A DNA stretch of 64,000 nt from Octopus sinensis. Its lineage: Eukaryota. The stretch is from positions 123,070,001 to 123,134,000 of the forward strand of contig NC_042998.1 of the NCBI RefSeq assembly GCF_006345805.1, given 5' to 3'. Below, piece after piece: positions 1 through 12,900 of this stretch. The notes below the pieces were generated by a model, which was given only the letters and a program-made list of their open reading frames with translations, was not told the DNA's origin and made no database searches. Both the position numbers and the translations under genes were made by a program. Positions within the stretch are counted from its first letter, which is position 1. Every line of letters starts with the position of its first letter.

Positions 1-194
1 AGAAGATAATACGGAGGTTGACCCATACAGATTTGGCAGGATTTTATTCTCTTGGCATGTTTGTGTATGTGACAATATTTTGCAATTAAATCTAAATAGG
101 ATATATTATAACTCTAGTGTCCTTGTATATATATATATATATAGTAAAAATATAAATATATGAAAGAATGGAGTTGAACGACGAATTAACAAAA

Positions 195-293
195 TTCCTT
201 TATTTTCGACATATGTTTCGAAGGTTGCATATTCCTAATTGCGAAGGAACAAGGAGTACATTATGCCGCTTTCTCATCAGGAAAAGCAAGGAA
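195..293 (-). ncRNA. Type I hammerhead ribozyme, intact core (PLE-type, palindromic short stem III)
   Basis: Minus strand reads ttccttgcttttc CTGATGA g...c GAAAC atat GTC gaaaataaaggaa. All core positions are canonical, with G10.1:C11.1. Stem I is 5 bp + 2x2 loop + 6 bp, stem II contains gcata/tatgc, and stem III is the palindrome ACATATGT. Confidence 0.85.
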
Positions 294-465
294 CTTATGT
301 CAACATCAAAATGCACAAAAAACTTTTAGATGATTGCTCACACGGAGCCCATAGCAATCTATGCCCTAGGCACGTAACTTCAACCGTGTTTTTACTGATG
401 TGAATTTGCTACCCATGTATTGGTTAATTCGAATTATCCTTAATAAGATAATTCATTCAACTACT

Positions 466-500
<35 letters not shown>

Positions 501-504
<4 letters not shown>

Positions 505-1060
505 TGTACATTTAAATACATAAGGGATGGCGATAAGAGGACATCTGACTCGCCAGAAAGAGTAGTTAAACCACAAACCACTAATAGTTGTAATTCTGAA
601 AGGGAATGAAAAAGAAAAACATTTACCCTATTTTTTCTGGACTATGCATAGTTTCAAGCAATTTTAGTAAATAAAAAAAAATTTACAGTTGTCGATGCTC
701 TCTTCAGCAGGAAGCCAAGGCTAACATATTAATACGAGGCGATAAACAACATGCCAAGTGTCTATATGTTATAATTTTTCAAAATTCACCGGGCACACGC
801 GGTTTTTTCGGCAGCAAATATAAGTGCCGATTTTCTTTCAAAACTAGCCCAAAAACCTTTTATCATTTATTAATAAATCTTAGGGTAGAAAAAAATTGAG
901 AAAAATTCTTTGCTACCAGTGGTCTAGCGAGAAGAAAAAAATAGTCAATAGACTATCTATTATTCATATAAAAACACAGTGTACATTTAAACACATAAGA
1001 GATGGCCATAAGAGGACATCTGACTCGCTAGAACGAGTAGTTAAACTACAAACCACTAAT
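501..1060 (-). repeat. ~475-bp HHR-bearing repeat family, 1.2 tandem units
   Basis: 501-585 is repeated at 976-1060 (period 475). Homologous to 1454-2108 and 52906-53612. Strand assigned from the HHR. Confidence 0.8.
634..713 (-). ncRNA. Type I hammerhead ribozyme, core intact (G.U at 10.1/11.1)
   Basis: Minus strand: ttcctg CTGAAGA gagca...gtaaat/atttac...tgctt GAAAC tatgcata GTC cagaaa. Stem III is the palindrome ACTATGCATAGT. Confidence 0.75.
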
Positions 1061-1089
1061 AAATTATATAATATATATAATTTAATATA

Positions 1090-1345
1090 GTAGAAATATA
1101 TTACGAAAAGAAAATATAAAATACACGTGGAAATGTAATGGTAAAATATGAAAAATCAACGAAAATGCATATTGCAAATAGAAAATGGCTATTTATGACA
1201 GGTAACGACAAATATATACATTTAGATTGACTGAGGTAGTCATAAAAGGCGTTATTATGAGATGATTATAAGATGATAATAAAGTAAGAGAACAAAACGA
1301 ACCAATGGTTTACGCAAAACTATTCATCGTTTGAACAACACCGGT
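1090..1345. repeat. Dispersed AT-rich repeat, second partial copy at ~19975-20155
   Basis: Shared blocks tacacgtggaaa, acga(c/t)(a/g)aatatataca, ttagat(t/g)(g/a)act(g/a)aggtag. Confidence 0.5.
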
Positions 1346-1379
1346 TAATTTAATATATATATACATATATATATGTACA

Positions 1380-1453
<74 letters not shown>

Positions 1454-1458
<5 letters not shown>

Positions 1459-2108
1459 AACATAAATAATATTAGGGTAATAAGAATTGTAGAAATTAAT
1501 ATTACCAGTGGCCTAGCACAAAAAATAGTCAATAGACTATATATTATTCACATAAAAATATAGTGTACTTTAAAATACATTAAGAGGCTTCCAAATAGGA
1601 AAGCCTTGTGCTAGAAAGAGCAGTAGAAATCTCAAATCACTAATTAGGGATAAATTTTCGAAAGGAATGAAAATTAAAAACATTTACCATCTAATTTAGT
1701 TCCTAGACCATGGTTTCTGACTAATTTCAGTAAAAAAATATTAACTGAGGCCAGTCTTCATCAGTAGGTAGCCTTTAGATTTTAAATATACACACAACGA
1801 GATCTGCATGTAAACTAGCTGCTTGTATATTCTAACTTTTCAAATCCACTGCGCAGATGCAGTTTATTTCCGGCGACAGAAAGGATGCCAGTAAAACTTC
1901 GAACACATTTATCAAAACATATTTAAACATAATAAATAATATTAGGTTAATAAGAATTATAGAAATTATTATTACCAGTGGCCTAGCACAAAAATAGTCA
2001 ACAGGCTATATATTATTCACATAAAAATATCGTGTACATTAAAACACATTAAGAGGCTTCCAAATAGGAAAACCTTGTGCTAGAAAGAGCAGTAGAAAAC
2101 TCAAACCT
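1454..2108 (-). repeat. ~470-bp HHR-bearing repeat family, 1.4 tandem units
   Basis: 1454-1640 is repeated at ~1921-2108 (taccagtggcctagc at 1503 and 1973, period 470). Confidence 0.85.
1702..1768 (-). ncRNA. Type I hammerhead ribozyme (core intact, A.A mismatch at base of stem II)
   Basis: Minus strand: ccta CTGATGA agact..tcagt/actga..agtca GAAAC catg GTC tagg. Stem I is a perfect 4 bp and stem III is the palindrome ACCATGGT. Confidence 0.75.
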
Positions 2109-2454
2109 CTAATGTACACGATATAGGGTGATACGCAGTGTGCGTTATATATGAAGATGCAACTTATTATACTTACGTTTTTAATATTGTTTTTAGATTA
2201 GGCCAGCAATGACCGATAATTAAAAATGTTGAGTACACAACTTATGCATTAGTATATTGATATCTGCTTATGTATAATCATCTTTATTATATTTCATTTC
2301 AAAATGTTTTGTCTTACTTATGGAGCACACAGAAATGTGTTACTGACACCAGTACATTTGTTGATAGAGATGTCAGTGCATTTTTTATACTGATAGGTCA
2401 TTGTAAAATAATAAGAACCTTGAGTTTTGTGAGGAAGGAAGCTGTTATTTAATT

Positions 2455-2575
2455 CGCCCTCGGAAAGAAAAATAGGTGAAGTTGGTCTGATTGGGATTTG
2501 AAATGAGAATATAGAATCGGAACAAATATTGTAAAGGAATTAGATAGTCTTACGATTTTGCTAGCTCACCACCCT
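2455..2575 (-). mobile_element. Degenerate tRNA-derived SINE
   Basis: Reverse complement resembles the SINE at 7732-7905 (ggtgagctagcaaaatcg ... tcaaatccc...tttccgagggcgaatt). Confidence 0.45.
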
Positions 2576-5050
2576 GTTGTTGAACGCAGTTGAAAAGACA
2601 AATTCAGTTGAGCTGTTATGTTTTTCATATTTCAGAAGAATTGGACAATTTACTCTAATCCAAAACTCTGCTGTATAGGCCATATATCTATGGCATTTGA
2701 GTATGAACCTACTAAAAATGTAACTGGAAAAACCGATTTCGAAACTATTTCAATGTTGCTTACATTTCAGCTATAGGGTGCTATTTTAACAGAAATTACA
2801 TATCAAGTGAAGGAATCATAATTTTGAGATGCATTGCAATTGAGAAATTTCTGTGATAGAAACATACAGCTGACTTTATTTAAAATATAGAAAAATATAC
2901 GTTCGAATCACTCAGCGGTAAAATATTTATCTTTGCATTTCAAGACACTTTATATTGATCAAACAATTCATTCATGATTTCACATAGGATTTACATAACT
3001 AAAGATGAAAACTTTTACTAGTGGAATCAGTGTATTAAGATATGTAATATATAGGTATCTGCGATTGATATTATACATGTCGTATGTGTTTATTCCATGG
3101 TTTGATTTTATATAGACAAAAAGGCAGCAGTTCCCTCAAAAACGATAAGACTGTTTTCCATGAATGTTATATGAATACAAGAATATAATCCTGATGGTTT
3201 TCAACATTGGAAATATCGAAGGAAATTAAACAGAATTATGGCATCAAACTTTGTAAACATCAACCGTATTTTGTGATTTAGAGTAAACACTATTTGGACG
3301 AAAATCATATTTCTTGTTTAACGTCTGACAGTTAAAATTTTAGTTCTGAATATAAATATGCCGTTATGCCATACATAAATTATTGCGTTGTAGTAGTGTA
3401 TACTCTTCCAGAGTTAACTGCAATAAATAACGTATAATTCTGTATGTACGTTTTAAGATAGTTTGGATTAAAGCCGAGGACGTAAAAGATCATTAAAGCT
3501 AAATTGGTGTATATTAGGTATCTAGCAATGGACTATACCATCTTAGAATTTCACCAATAACATTTCACTTAAAAGTATTTTGCGTTTTACTTGGAGACAA
3601 AAAATACAGGTCCAAATAGCTTATATTAAATAGTTGAATATTGAACTATAAGACCTTGTGAGCTGTTCGTTTGTTGATAATGAAGTTTCCAAGTTTTGAC
3701 TGACAAAGCAAGCCTTGATAGTAAGATTTTTCTGCGTTTTTGTTTTATCAATCTCATATTTGTCGGATTATACGTATAATTTTGAATGTACTGATTCGTT
3801 TAACAAAATAGTTTATAAACGCATTACTACTGCTGCTGTTGCTGTTGTTCTTTTATCTTCTTCTTTGTCATCGTCATAGTCGTCGCCTTCCTCTCCCCCA
3901 CTCTTCCTCTCCTTCCCAAACTCTGGAAGGCATGATTCTTTAGTTTCCTTAACTCGTATTATTCTAATTGGTAATAAATAAAATTGTTTATATATACTGA
4001 GTCAATATACACATATTTCCTACTCATTATACGAACTGTCTATTCGAGTATCTCCGCACACTCTCGTATTTTTGTTGAGCATATGGTTATGTGCTACATG
4101 TCTGCAGATACATTCTGCATATAATACTACTTCCTTTGAACAATAATAACGAATAGTTTTATTTATTCATTGATATTCTGTCACACAATTTGAATGCTTG
4201 TGCCTTACACAAATGGCTTTACGACTTGCCTTTGTGTGTATACATCTTAATCTTATGTTTTACCCTTCCCTGATAACAAGAAATATATTTCAAAAATTTC
4301 TATCTCATTCTACCCTATCGGCTGTCATGTTATATATCATTTCTAGGACATTTCATTCCTCCTAGATTCAATATGTATAAATCATAAGGCCTAAAAGTTT
4401 GAAACACCCTCTCATTCAATTTTCCTACTACTAAAACAACCTGTCTTGTGATTTATTACTTAAATCATTTCCTTACTCTCTATATTTTCAATTACATCAA
4501 CAATCGTATAACTATTCGGTACATTATATTTATATAACATTTCACAATATATATATTCACATATTTTGGATTTAGATTTAGTAAATACAATTGATATGTA
4601 TATCATGGATTCGCAGAATTCTTGAATTCGGAGTCTTTAACACAGGAAGAACAAGCAAAATATGTATCATAAGCTAAATATGGTTGATAATGATAATTTT
4701 CATCATAAAATTGCTTAAGGTGACATGCATCCGTATTTTCAGAATTTTGCTTTAGTGAAGTGTATTCTATAAAAAGAATCGGATATGTGAGTAGAACACA
4801 TCTATTTCTAAGAAAGTTGAATAAACTGCAGGTAGCTATTCGGATGAATATACAATAGAGATAGATTATCACTCCTAGCAATGCAAGTGTATTCAAAATG
4901 ATAGTTCCAAAATAAACACGCAGATAATTATACATATTCTGGAGAATGGCTTAAATTGTATTTCTCTATATACGAAAGCCATCAAAGAGAATGTGCTTAC
5001 TTAGCAACCTCAACAAAGATAACCATTTACATCTATGCGTACACACACAT

Positions 5051-5120
<70 letters not shown>

Positions 5121-6027
5121 ATGTAATTTTGTGTATATAATGATTGTAATGAACTGTAGCTTCCTTAATTATATTCACCTTAACATTTGGTGATATTAAC
5201 ATATTTCAGCTGCATCATCGGATGACATGCTGATTTTCCAGTGCAATTGGAGGAGGTAAATATGTGTATTCAGCTAAAACTCATAATCGATTATAGAGTG
5301 TTATTTGTATGGCCGACCGAATAATAACATACTATCTCTTTCTTGAGCGTCATTTGACGATTATATACCTTACAAACATACACAATACCACAGTAATGTT
5401 GTGTAGTATCATTAAATCTTGCAATCAATTTCCCAATACCTCATACTGCTTTAACTCTCAATTGATGTGAAATCAGCTATGATATTATGTACAGCGATGT
5501 GGAAAAGCCAATCTGCAGCTGTATAAACTACTGCAAATGCTCGTTCTGTTATTTGCGATACCATGATCACATCAAATAATTATGTATATAACATAAACAA
5601 GATTCAATATAAAATTTACCTAGATTTACTTACAATAAATTACCAATTGTTTTCCCATTTAATACGGATATTTTATGCATAACATACAAGTGTGACAAAT
5701 ACAGTCAATCTAATATATATTTATATATACATAAATATCAGTAGGTGGGCATCTTTTCAAAATGAAGAGGCTGCAATATTCATTATGTATGAAAGTTGCA
5801 CTAGAATATTCCGAAATTGTCGCCTCTTCCAGAATAAAATGAATGGATATTAGAGGTAGACTCACGTAATCATGGCGTCTTTATTTTAGAGAATGAATAA
5901 AGTTGCTATCAGCTTGCATATTTATGGTTCTGTTATGTCCTTAATATATGTTTCCCATTTGAAATGGATATACATAGACACAGTTCTCCTAGCTTTTGTA
6001 GATACATTGCACCATGCTAATATATAT

Positions 6028-6225
6028 GAAATGAAGATGATGATGAGGATGATGATGAGGGGGATGATGATGATGAGGATAATGAGGATGAGGATAATGT
6101 GGATGAGGATAATGACGACAGCAATGACGATGATTATGATAATGCTGTTGCTAATGATGGTGATGACGATGGGGAGGATGGAGGAGGAAGGTGATGACGA
6201 TGACGACAACGACGAGGAGGATGAG
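6028..6225. repeat. Degenerate (GAT)n/(GAG)n microsatellite
   Basis: Direct inspection; it accounts for ORFs 5893..6297 and 5922..6314. Confidence 0.95.
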
Positions 6226-6792
6226 ACCGAAAGGGGTCGAAAGCCTGCAAAATGTAATCTGCGTTCAATAGAAGACTTTAAAATGTGTTTGGGATAGAAA
6301 CACGAGGGAAACACTGAAAGAACTTGTACAGTTAAAGAAGTGACATATCATACATCTAAAAATATACACATGTGACTACACAGAAATAACAATGTATAAT
6401 GAAACAATAATTAAGAACAAAATTTAACAGAAACATAATATATTAAAAGTACTTAGGATCTAGCCTACGCATCGAAGAGAAACCACCGTTTATGCCATTT
6501 ATATTCCTCTTGATGCCCAACAATAATTGGCACTATCTTCACCTTCATTTCCTATAGCTGGGCTATTTCGTACTTAAGCGGGTTGTATTTCTATGTTTTC
6601 GCGTTCCTTCTTCACTATTCGTGGGTCAAAGAGGCATGCAATTTTAACAATATAACGTATGTGGTGCAGCGGTCTGTTATGCTCTAGCACGTGATCTATT
6701 TGGAATGGGAAATCCCAGAGGTTTTTGCTAGTCCCCGACTCTTCCACACTCTGCAGTTTGTGCTCACACCATCTTGCCTCTCTCTAGCCCCC

Positions 6793-7643
6793 TATTATCA
6801 TTATTATCATTTTCATTATCATCTTTCTGTTCTGTTTCCTTTTCCTACCGGGTGTCTTTCTGGTACCCAGGGCAGTGAAACGTATACATTGGTAGACTAT
6901 TAAAATAAACACACCTAGCTGTCCATTACAAAGTCATGTGATAGAGAAAAGTGAGTAACAAGACAGAAAAAAATTTTGAACAAAGAAAATAAAGAGTAAA
7001 GGGAAAGAAAATTCACAGCGACAATGCTCTTCTCCATACATGTATCGTACCAGTTAAGACAATTTTTTGCACTTTTTGCATGGATGGTAAGCCAGGGATC
7101 ATTCTTAAAAAAATTTCAGTTCCTGTTTTGATCATTCCAAGTGCTCCTACACTGACTGGTATCGCACTCGTCTTGAGATGTCACATCTTTTCGATTAGCA
7201 AATCTTTATATTTTCTGCGCTTATCAAATTCTTTTGCCGAGATACTATGGTCACAGTGTATGCTCATATCAATCAATAAAAAGATTCTATTGTTTTTGTT
7301 TTCCCAACATTATCTGGTTTGTTTACCTTGACGGTTTGGTCTGTGCATGCTGGAGGTCCCAAGGAATAGTTACATTTTCTCCCTCAGTTACAGCCTCAGG
7401 GTGGTGTACGTACCGTCTATCATCAATTTCAAATTTTCTCCAATGTAGGTATTAGCCAACACTGCCATGTCTTGATTTGTACACTACAGGTGCTAAAACC
7501 TTACATCCAGAGATTAGGTGATCGACTGCTTCTATCCCGTCGTCGCAGTATTGGCACTTTGGGTCTAAACAAGTTTTCATCACATTGGCTTGATAGTTCC
7601 TGTTTAATAAGCTCTGATCTTGGTCAGCCAAGATAAAACCTTC
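6793..7643 (-). mobile_element. R4/Dong-type RLE LINE, decayed 3' fragment
   Basis: Clear nucleotide similarity to 33650-34470 over the zinc knuckle, RLE region and 3' UTR motif cctaccaatgtatac. Multiple frameshifts and a degenerate TAA-type tail at 6793-6822. Confidence 0.9.
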
Positions 7644-7647
7644 TATT

Positions 7648-7687
7648 TTCTTCTTCTTCTTCTTCTCTTCTTCTTCTTCTTCTTCTT

Positions 7688-7717
<30 letters not shown>
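7648..7717. repeat. (TTC)n microsatellite
   Basis: Direct inspection. Confidence 0.97.
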
Positions 7718-7718
<1 letters not shown>

Positions 7719-7731
7719 GTATTGTTATTAA

Positions 7732-7905
7732 GGCAGCTAGCCTACAGAACCGTTGATTCGCCGGGCAAAATGCCTTTATGTTCCGAGTTTAAATTCCGCC
7801 AAGGTCGATTTTGCCTTTCATATTTCCAGTCAAGTGCTGAGGTCCAAGTAATCGACGAGTCCCCTCCTTCCAAATTACAAGCTTTGTGATCATAGTACAA
7901 TGGAT
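7732..7905 (+). mobile_element. tRNA-derived SINE (cephalopod family with tttgcctttcat central domain)
   Basis: ggcagctagc...cgccgggcaaaatgc...gagtttaaattccgccaaggtcgattttgcctttcat. Confidence 0.7.
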
Positions 7906-8359
7906 TATCATTATTATTGCTCGTCTATCGACACATGTTACAAATCGCTCACGTAAATTTATTGTTACACATATTAATACACATTTGTAATCATATCAGA
8001 TTAACTATCCAGAACCTTGGGTAGCTGATCAGTTTTTCTCTGATGTTTGTTTGGGCTAAGACGTCGTACATCTTTTTAAAAATTACAAACAAGAATAGTC
8101 CCTCTGCTGAAAGGTATAGCTGGTCTTCCGGAAAAGTCATAAAAGTCAGCGACTGCTCTAGCAGCAGCAACAACAAGATGGAAAATGGCACATGAGAAAT
8201 CAATGAAAAATTTTCCTCTGGTTTTACCGTCACCTTCATCATTGTGGGAACCAAAGAAATCACTGACTACAAACAGTAACAACACCAGCAGCAGCACTAC
8301 CACCACCACCACCACCACCACCAGCAACATCATTACCGAAAAAATAAAGAATCGAACCA

Positions 8360-8895
8360 TGCAACTCCAGTCTAAGCGAGTTTGTGCGAGCAACAGGCAA
8401 AACAATTTTATAAACGAAAATGAATTCAAAAGTGCTAAATGTATGACAAATAATTATGGTAGAACTGTCCATGAAATTATTTTGTGGACTGTTTTAAATA
8501 AAGCAATTAGAGCCAAAAGTAAGAAAGAAGACCAAGCAGCAAATCGAAAATCGCTTAAACCAGTTTGGAAGTGCAAAACGTATATAAGCAAGGGGAAGAA
8601 ATATGGGACTGTCGAAGTGAGGTTCACCCAAAAAGGGAAGGCCAAAAATCACTTGACACATACCCTAACAAGTGACGAACTTATCCTCATCCTCATTTAC
8701 CTTGATCGAAGAATATTCAAAGCTAGAATGCTCATCATTCCACCAGAGATAAACATCTGCTCGTTCGTAGCTGTAATTCTTCTCAATGTAGAAAAAACCC
8801 ATGATTCTGCGAATGCAGAGAATGTAGAAGCAGAACTCGTAGGGACAGGGGATGTAGCTACTAATACAAGCTCACCAGCCAAATGGTCCAGGTGA
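8360..8895 (+). mobile_element. Probable LINE ORF1-like (RRM-type, L1/Tx1-like) fragment
   Basis: Open frame containing KTYISKGKKYGTVEVRF...IYLDRRIFKARMLIIPPEI, resembling ORF1 RRM segments. Recognised by eye only. Confidence 0.45.
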
Positions 8896-9099
8896 ACAGT
8901 CATACTCTAAGCACGCGCTTCTAGATCAAACGTAGGTGAACTGGAGAGGGCACTTGACCCAGAAGTCAAAGATTTTTATGGGGTAGTAAAAAGCTGGAGT
9001 CGTTTTTAGTGGCTGTCTTCATTTCTTAAAGATGCTAGAAAGTAGTACCAAAGTGTAGTACCAAAGTGTATTGAGACTCAATAGCATGTTTCTAAAGCT

Positions 9100-9950
9100 C
9101 AAGCTAAAAAGTGGTGAATGTAAGAGTTAACTCCATGGATTTAAGTTTGAGGCCAATATAAGGCAATTCGTTAGGACAGTGAATCTTCTGGCTCCAAGCA
9201 ATTGAAGGTGATTTCGGCCTCGACGTGTGTGTGTGTGTCATGTGGGATTGAAGAGAAAGAAGTAATAATATCCTCGCATATACTGTGTTGCTGGGCAAAA
9301 GGTGCCATGAATTGTGGAGTGGGTGAGCTCTGGTAGACGTTGTAGTCCTTGCTTTTTGCTTAAAAGGCTTCAGCACTAGTATGTATAAATATTGTAGGGG
9401 ACTTCGGCCATAGGGGATATGTTGCATACTGGATATTGAAGGTGATACTTAGAAGAAAAGTTTCAGTCACCCATCCGGCTGTTTCTGATGGATCAGGAGT
9501 GAAGCACATATGCTTGTCAGGGGTAGTTGGCAAAAGCTGACAGGGCTCTGACCTGTCAGTTGACTTGAAGTGCCATATAGTGCAGGGCGTTGGTGTAGCG
9601 TGCTATATAGATATGTGCTGGATAGCTCCAATTAGGCAGTGGTCAGACGATCCAATATGAACGGAGATGGTTATAGTTTGGTATAAAAGTTTGCGGAAGA
9701 GAAAGTTATGGAAGTCTGGCGTGTCTATGTGTTTATCTGGAATGCGTTTCGGAAATAGGACAGGTTGAAATGTAGCAGCTAAATGTTTTAAATCACAGCT
9801 TATTGTCTTAAGGGAAGAAAAGGTAAAATTGATAGTACAGTGCGGTATGCCTGAAGTCTGAAGGTACGGAGTAGGCACGTCCAAAATGTGCTTAAACGCA
9901 CGTACGCACGGCTGGAAGAACTCCAGTTTAATGAAACAATAATACACCAT
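9100..9950 (-). mobile_element. CR1/Jockey-group LINE ORF2 remnant (end of APE domain plus linker)
   Basis: IGSSDHCLI (APE terminal SDH motif), followed in shifted frames by TIWHFKS, FANYP* and CFTPDPSETAGWVTETF. Confidence 0.7.
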
Positions 9951-12900
9951 TAACTAAAAATTTTATTTCTGACAATCTCACAGGTACCTAACTCACAGGT
10001 GGGTGACTTAACAGAAAATCCGTATAATTTCGGAAGAAAGGTATATTCGTATTACGTTATCTGTGCCTTACAATGTTCATGGCTTCAAGGCTCAGTGTAC
10101 GTGGATGTGAATAGAAACCAAGTTATATACTGTTCCATGATGTCAAGAAAAGTTATTGAAATGTTCTAGATAAAAAGAAAGTAAAGCCATTCTAATACCC
10201 AGTTTATGTCCACGATAGGGCTAAGATAATGTTTATGATCCGACTTCATTAGATGAGGAGGGACAGTATCCACGTTACTTTTCAGACCGTTTAAGGCCTA
10301 TTCTAAGTACGTAACATAATGTGTACTTCTGAAGCCAATTGCCAATTTATGGTACTATATCAGACATTGTATTAAGTCGATCATAGACAATCAGTCACAG
10401 TCACTTCCACTGCCCTTTTGATTGTCATCGATTCCTAAATTTCAATTGGTGTTCAGACACCCTAACTGTAGATACTAGTCTAAGAATTCTCATAATGAGT
10501 TGTATCCGAATCCACGCAATTGCGAAGCTGGTTTACCACTCAGCCAGATCTATGCATATTACATCCATACATGCATAAAACATCATGTTCTTTCGAACAT
10601 GATTTATTATATGTGCAATAGGTTATTCCATATTAAACCCGCTACACATAGGTATCTATTAACATTTATATATTTCACTTGGAGATAAAAATTACCCGAC
10701 AACATCAACATATATAGTTGCAGATATTTTTAATAACTGGATGCGGATGTGTTGACTATATCCATTATTTTCGAATAAATGTTGCTACACGTCAAAGAAA
10801 GGGATCATTGCTACTGTCCAATATTTCATGGTCAATAGCTATGTCAATTGTTTATAACCTTTATTTCCTGCAAGGGATATTTGAGTCTCTTCGTGTGCTG
10901 TATAATAAAACCAAACACAATTTTGTTTGTGCAGATTCATTCCATCCATTATCAATAGTGTTTCATGTTTAGGTTAAATAAGTATGAAAGCCCAGAAATT
11001 ATTGCACGAAGGGAGAAACAATATATATTCAGGTATATAGCATAGAGTTGGTTTTTGAATTATTTTCTAATTTATTGCTTTGTACATCACAGATACTGCA
11101 TTTAGGTTCATCTTTATTTCTCTCCCCTTAAACATTAGATAAACTTAACGTATGATTCATTTTATACAGCGTCATGATTGCACATGTTACTCATAAAATA
11201 CAAATCCCCGAATACATATAAAATCGTTTTATTGGTCATACATCGCCATCTTATTAGCATCCTCCAGCAATTTGGCAAGAATATATGATATGTATTTCAT
11301 TTGCGAATTTATCGGAGAAATGTATATTACTAACAGCGTTTGAGCACGGCATTGCGGAAAGTCTATTATGTTATGTGCTCAAATATTTTGGAAAATTTAA
11401 CAAATTCATCATATAATAATTATATTTGGATGATTGTGAAAGCAAACAATTAATTTTGGTTTCCGAACTGAGTTGTTACATTCTTGAAATTAGAGAACAT
11501 TAATGATCGACACGATGAAAGAGAGGACCAAACGATTATATACTTAAACTTAAATTATATTTATTCTATGGCCAAAAAGTTTAAATCTTGAAAGAGTAGA
11601 ACTCTTTACATGTAAAAAACTAATCAATTCACTAGAATTAACAGTAGTATAGATTTGACAAGTTTTGATTTAGCTTACACTCAGCATATTTCTCAGAGTA
11701 TATCTCATTAAGAGACGAGGTGATAATCCTCTTGGCCCGGATATAATATAAAAAAGTTAGATTTTTACTCGCAGCTCTGTGGAGGAAAAGGTGAAAGAAT
11801 ACAGCAATCAGGTGGATTAACAGGTGATAAGATATCGTAAGCTATGGGATTTTAGGGTGACCAGAAGTCTGACCACACAATGAATCACTACCAGATAATT
11901 GTAAATACACAATTATATACAACCACAGGTTACTGTAAAGAAAAGAAAGTGCATAAGGAATGGATATTTTCTTAGCGTGCTGTAATCCTTCATTATGCTT
12001 TATAATGTTTGCGAAAATCTTTCTGATATGCTCCCATAAGAAGAAAAATGTAGTTTATTAAAAGAATTGATGGAAGGCGTCTTGATATTACATAGGTGAG
12101 ATATATATATGGAAACAAAAAGTTTCGTATAGTGTGGCAAAAAAGCTTCTGCCAAAGCTTCAAGTGATTGACATAGGAGCTACTATCATCTTAATCCTAA
12201 AAGTCTATGATTACATTGGGTAAACAGATCTTGAATATTACTGTACTAATTTGAGCTGGCCCGGGCAGAATATATTTTGTTAGAAATATACTGGTTGGCT
12301 GTGTACACGTGTCTCCCTTCTATATACACCGATTTCATCCAAGGGAAAGAGAAGGGAAACAGGCGTGCAGCTTGATACCATTATACACAAAATACAGAAC
12401 AGCTATCACAATATCTCCTACTCGATACCCTAATAATTCCACCAATCCATACCCTGGATTGGTACATTTTTATCAGGAAAGAATTATCTTAGCAGAGGAT
12501 GCATGTTATTTAATAATCTAATCACTCTCAAATTGTCGCTTTTTGGTATAACATATGAATGCAGCTAACTCAACCTAAAACCTAACGTAACTCTTAGAAA
12601 TGGAAGCCTACATAACATAAAGCAAGTCTATGACTAGAATTTCGTTCGTTATATGCTTGGTGAAGCACTGTTTATATAGAGAGAAGCAAATGTTATACCA
12701 TCAACAAAGAAACAAAATTGAGGCAAGATCATGTCTAATGTTATTATAATAGTACATTTTGATTTGTGAGGTTGTAAATTAGAAAGATATACAGACACAA
12801 TGTCCAAACAATTTACACAGTTGTGTAGCATTATGAAATTTCGTAAGTAATTTCAAATACTGAAATTACTTAAAATAGGAGCAGCTTTATATTTTTCAAG

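Noticed and set aside
1290-1335. Fourth minus-strand hammerhead in the left cluster (cGATGA..GTAAAC cattg GTT)
   Set aside because: Core deletion and substitutions and a weak stem II; too degenerate to call.
4603-4935. 110-aa hydrophobic ORF as a GPCR or membrane exon, and small plus-strand exon candidates at 4743-4786 and 5210-5255
   Set aside because: No recognisable family motif, and the phases of the candidate exons are incompatible.
8185-8895. 236-aa ORF as a host gene
   Set aside because: The N-terminus is a CAC/CAG microsatellite, and the remainder fits a LINE ORF1 fragment among other LINE debris.
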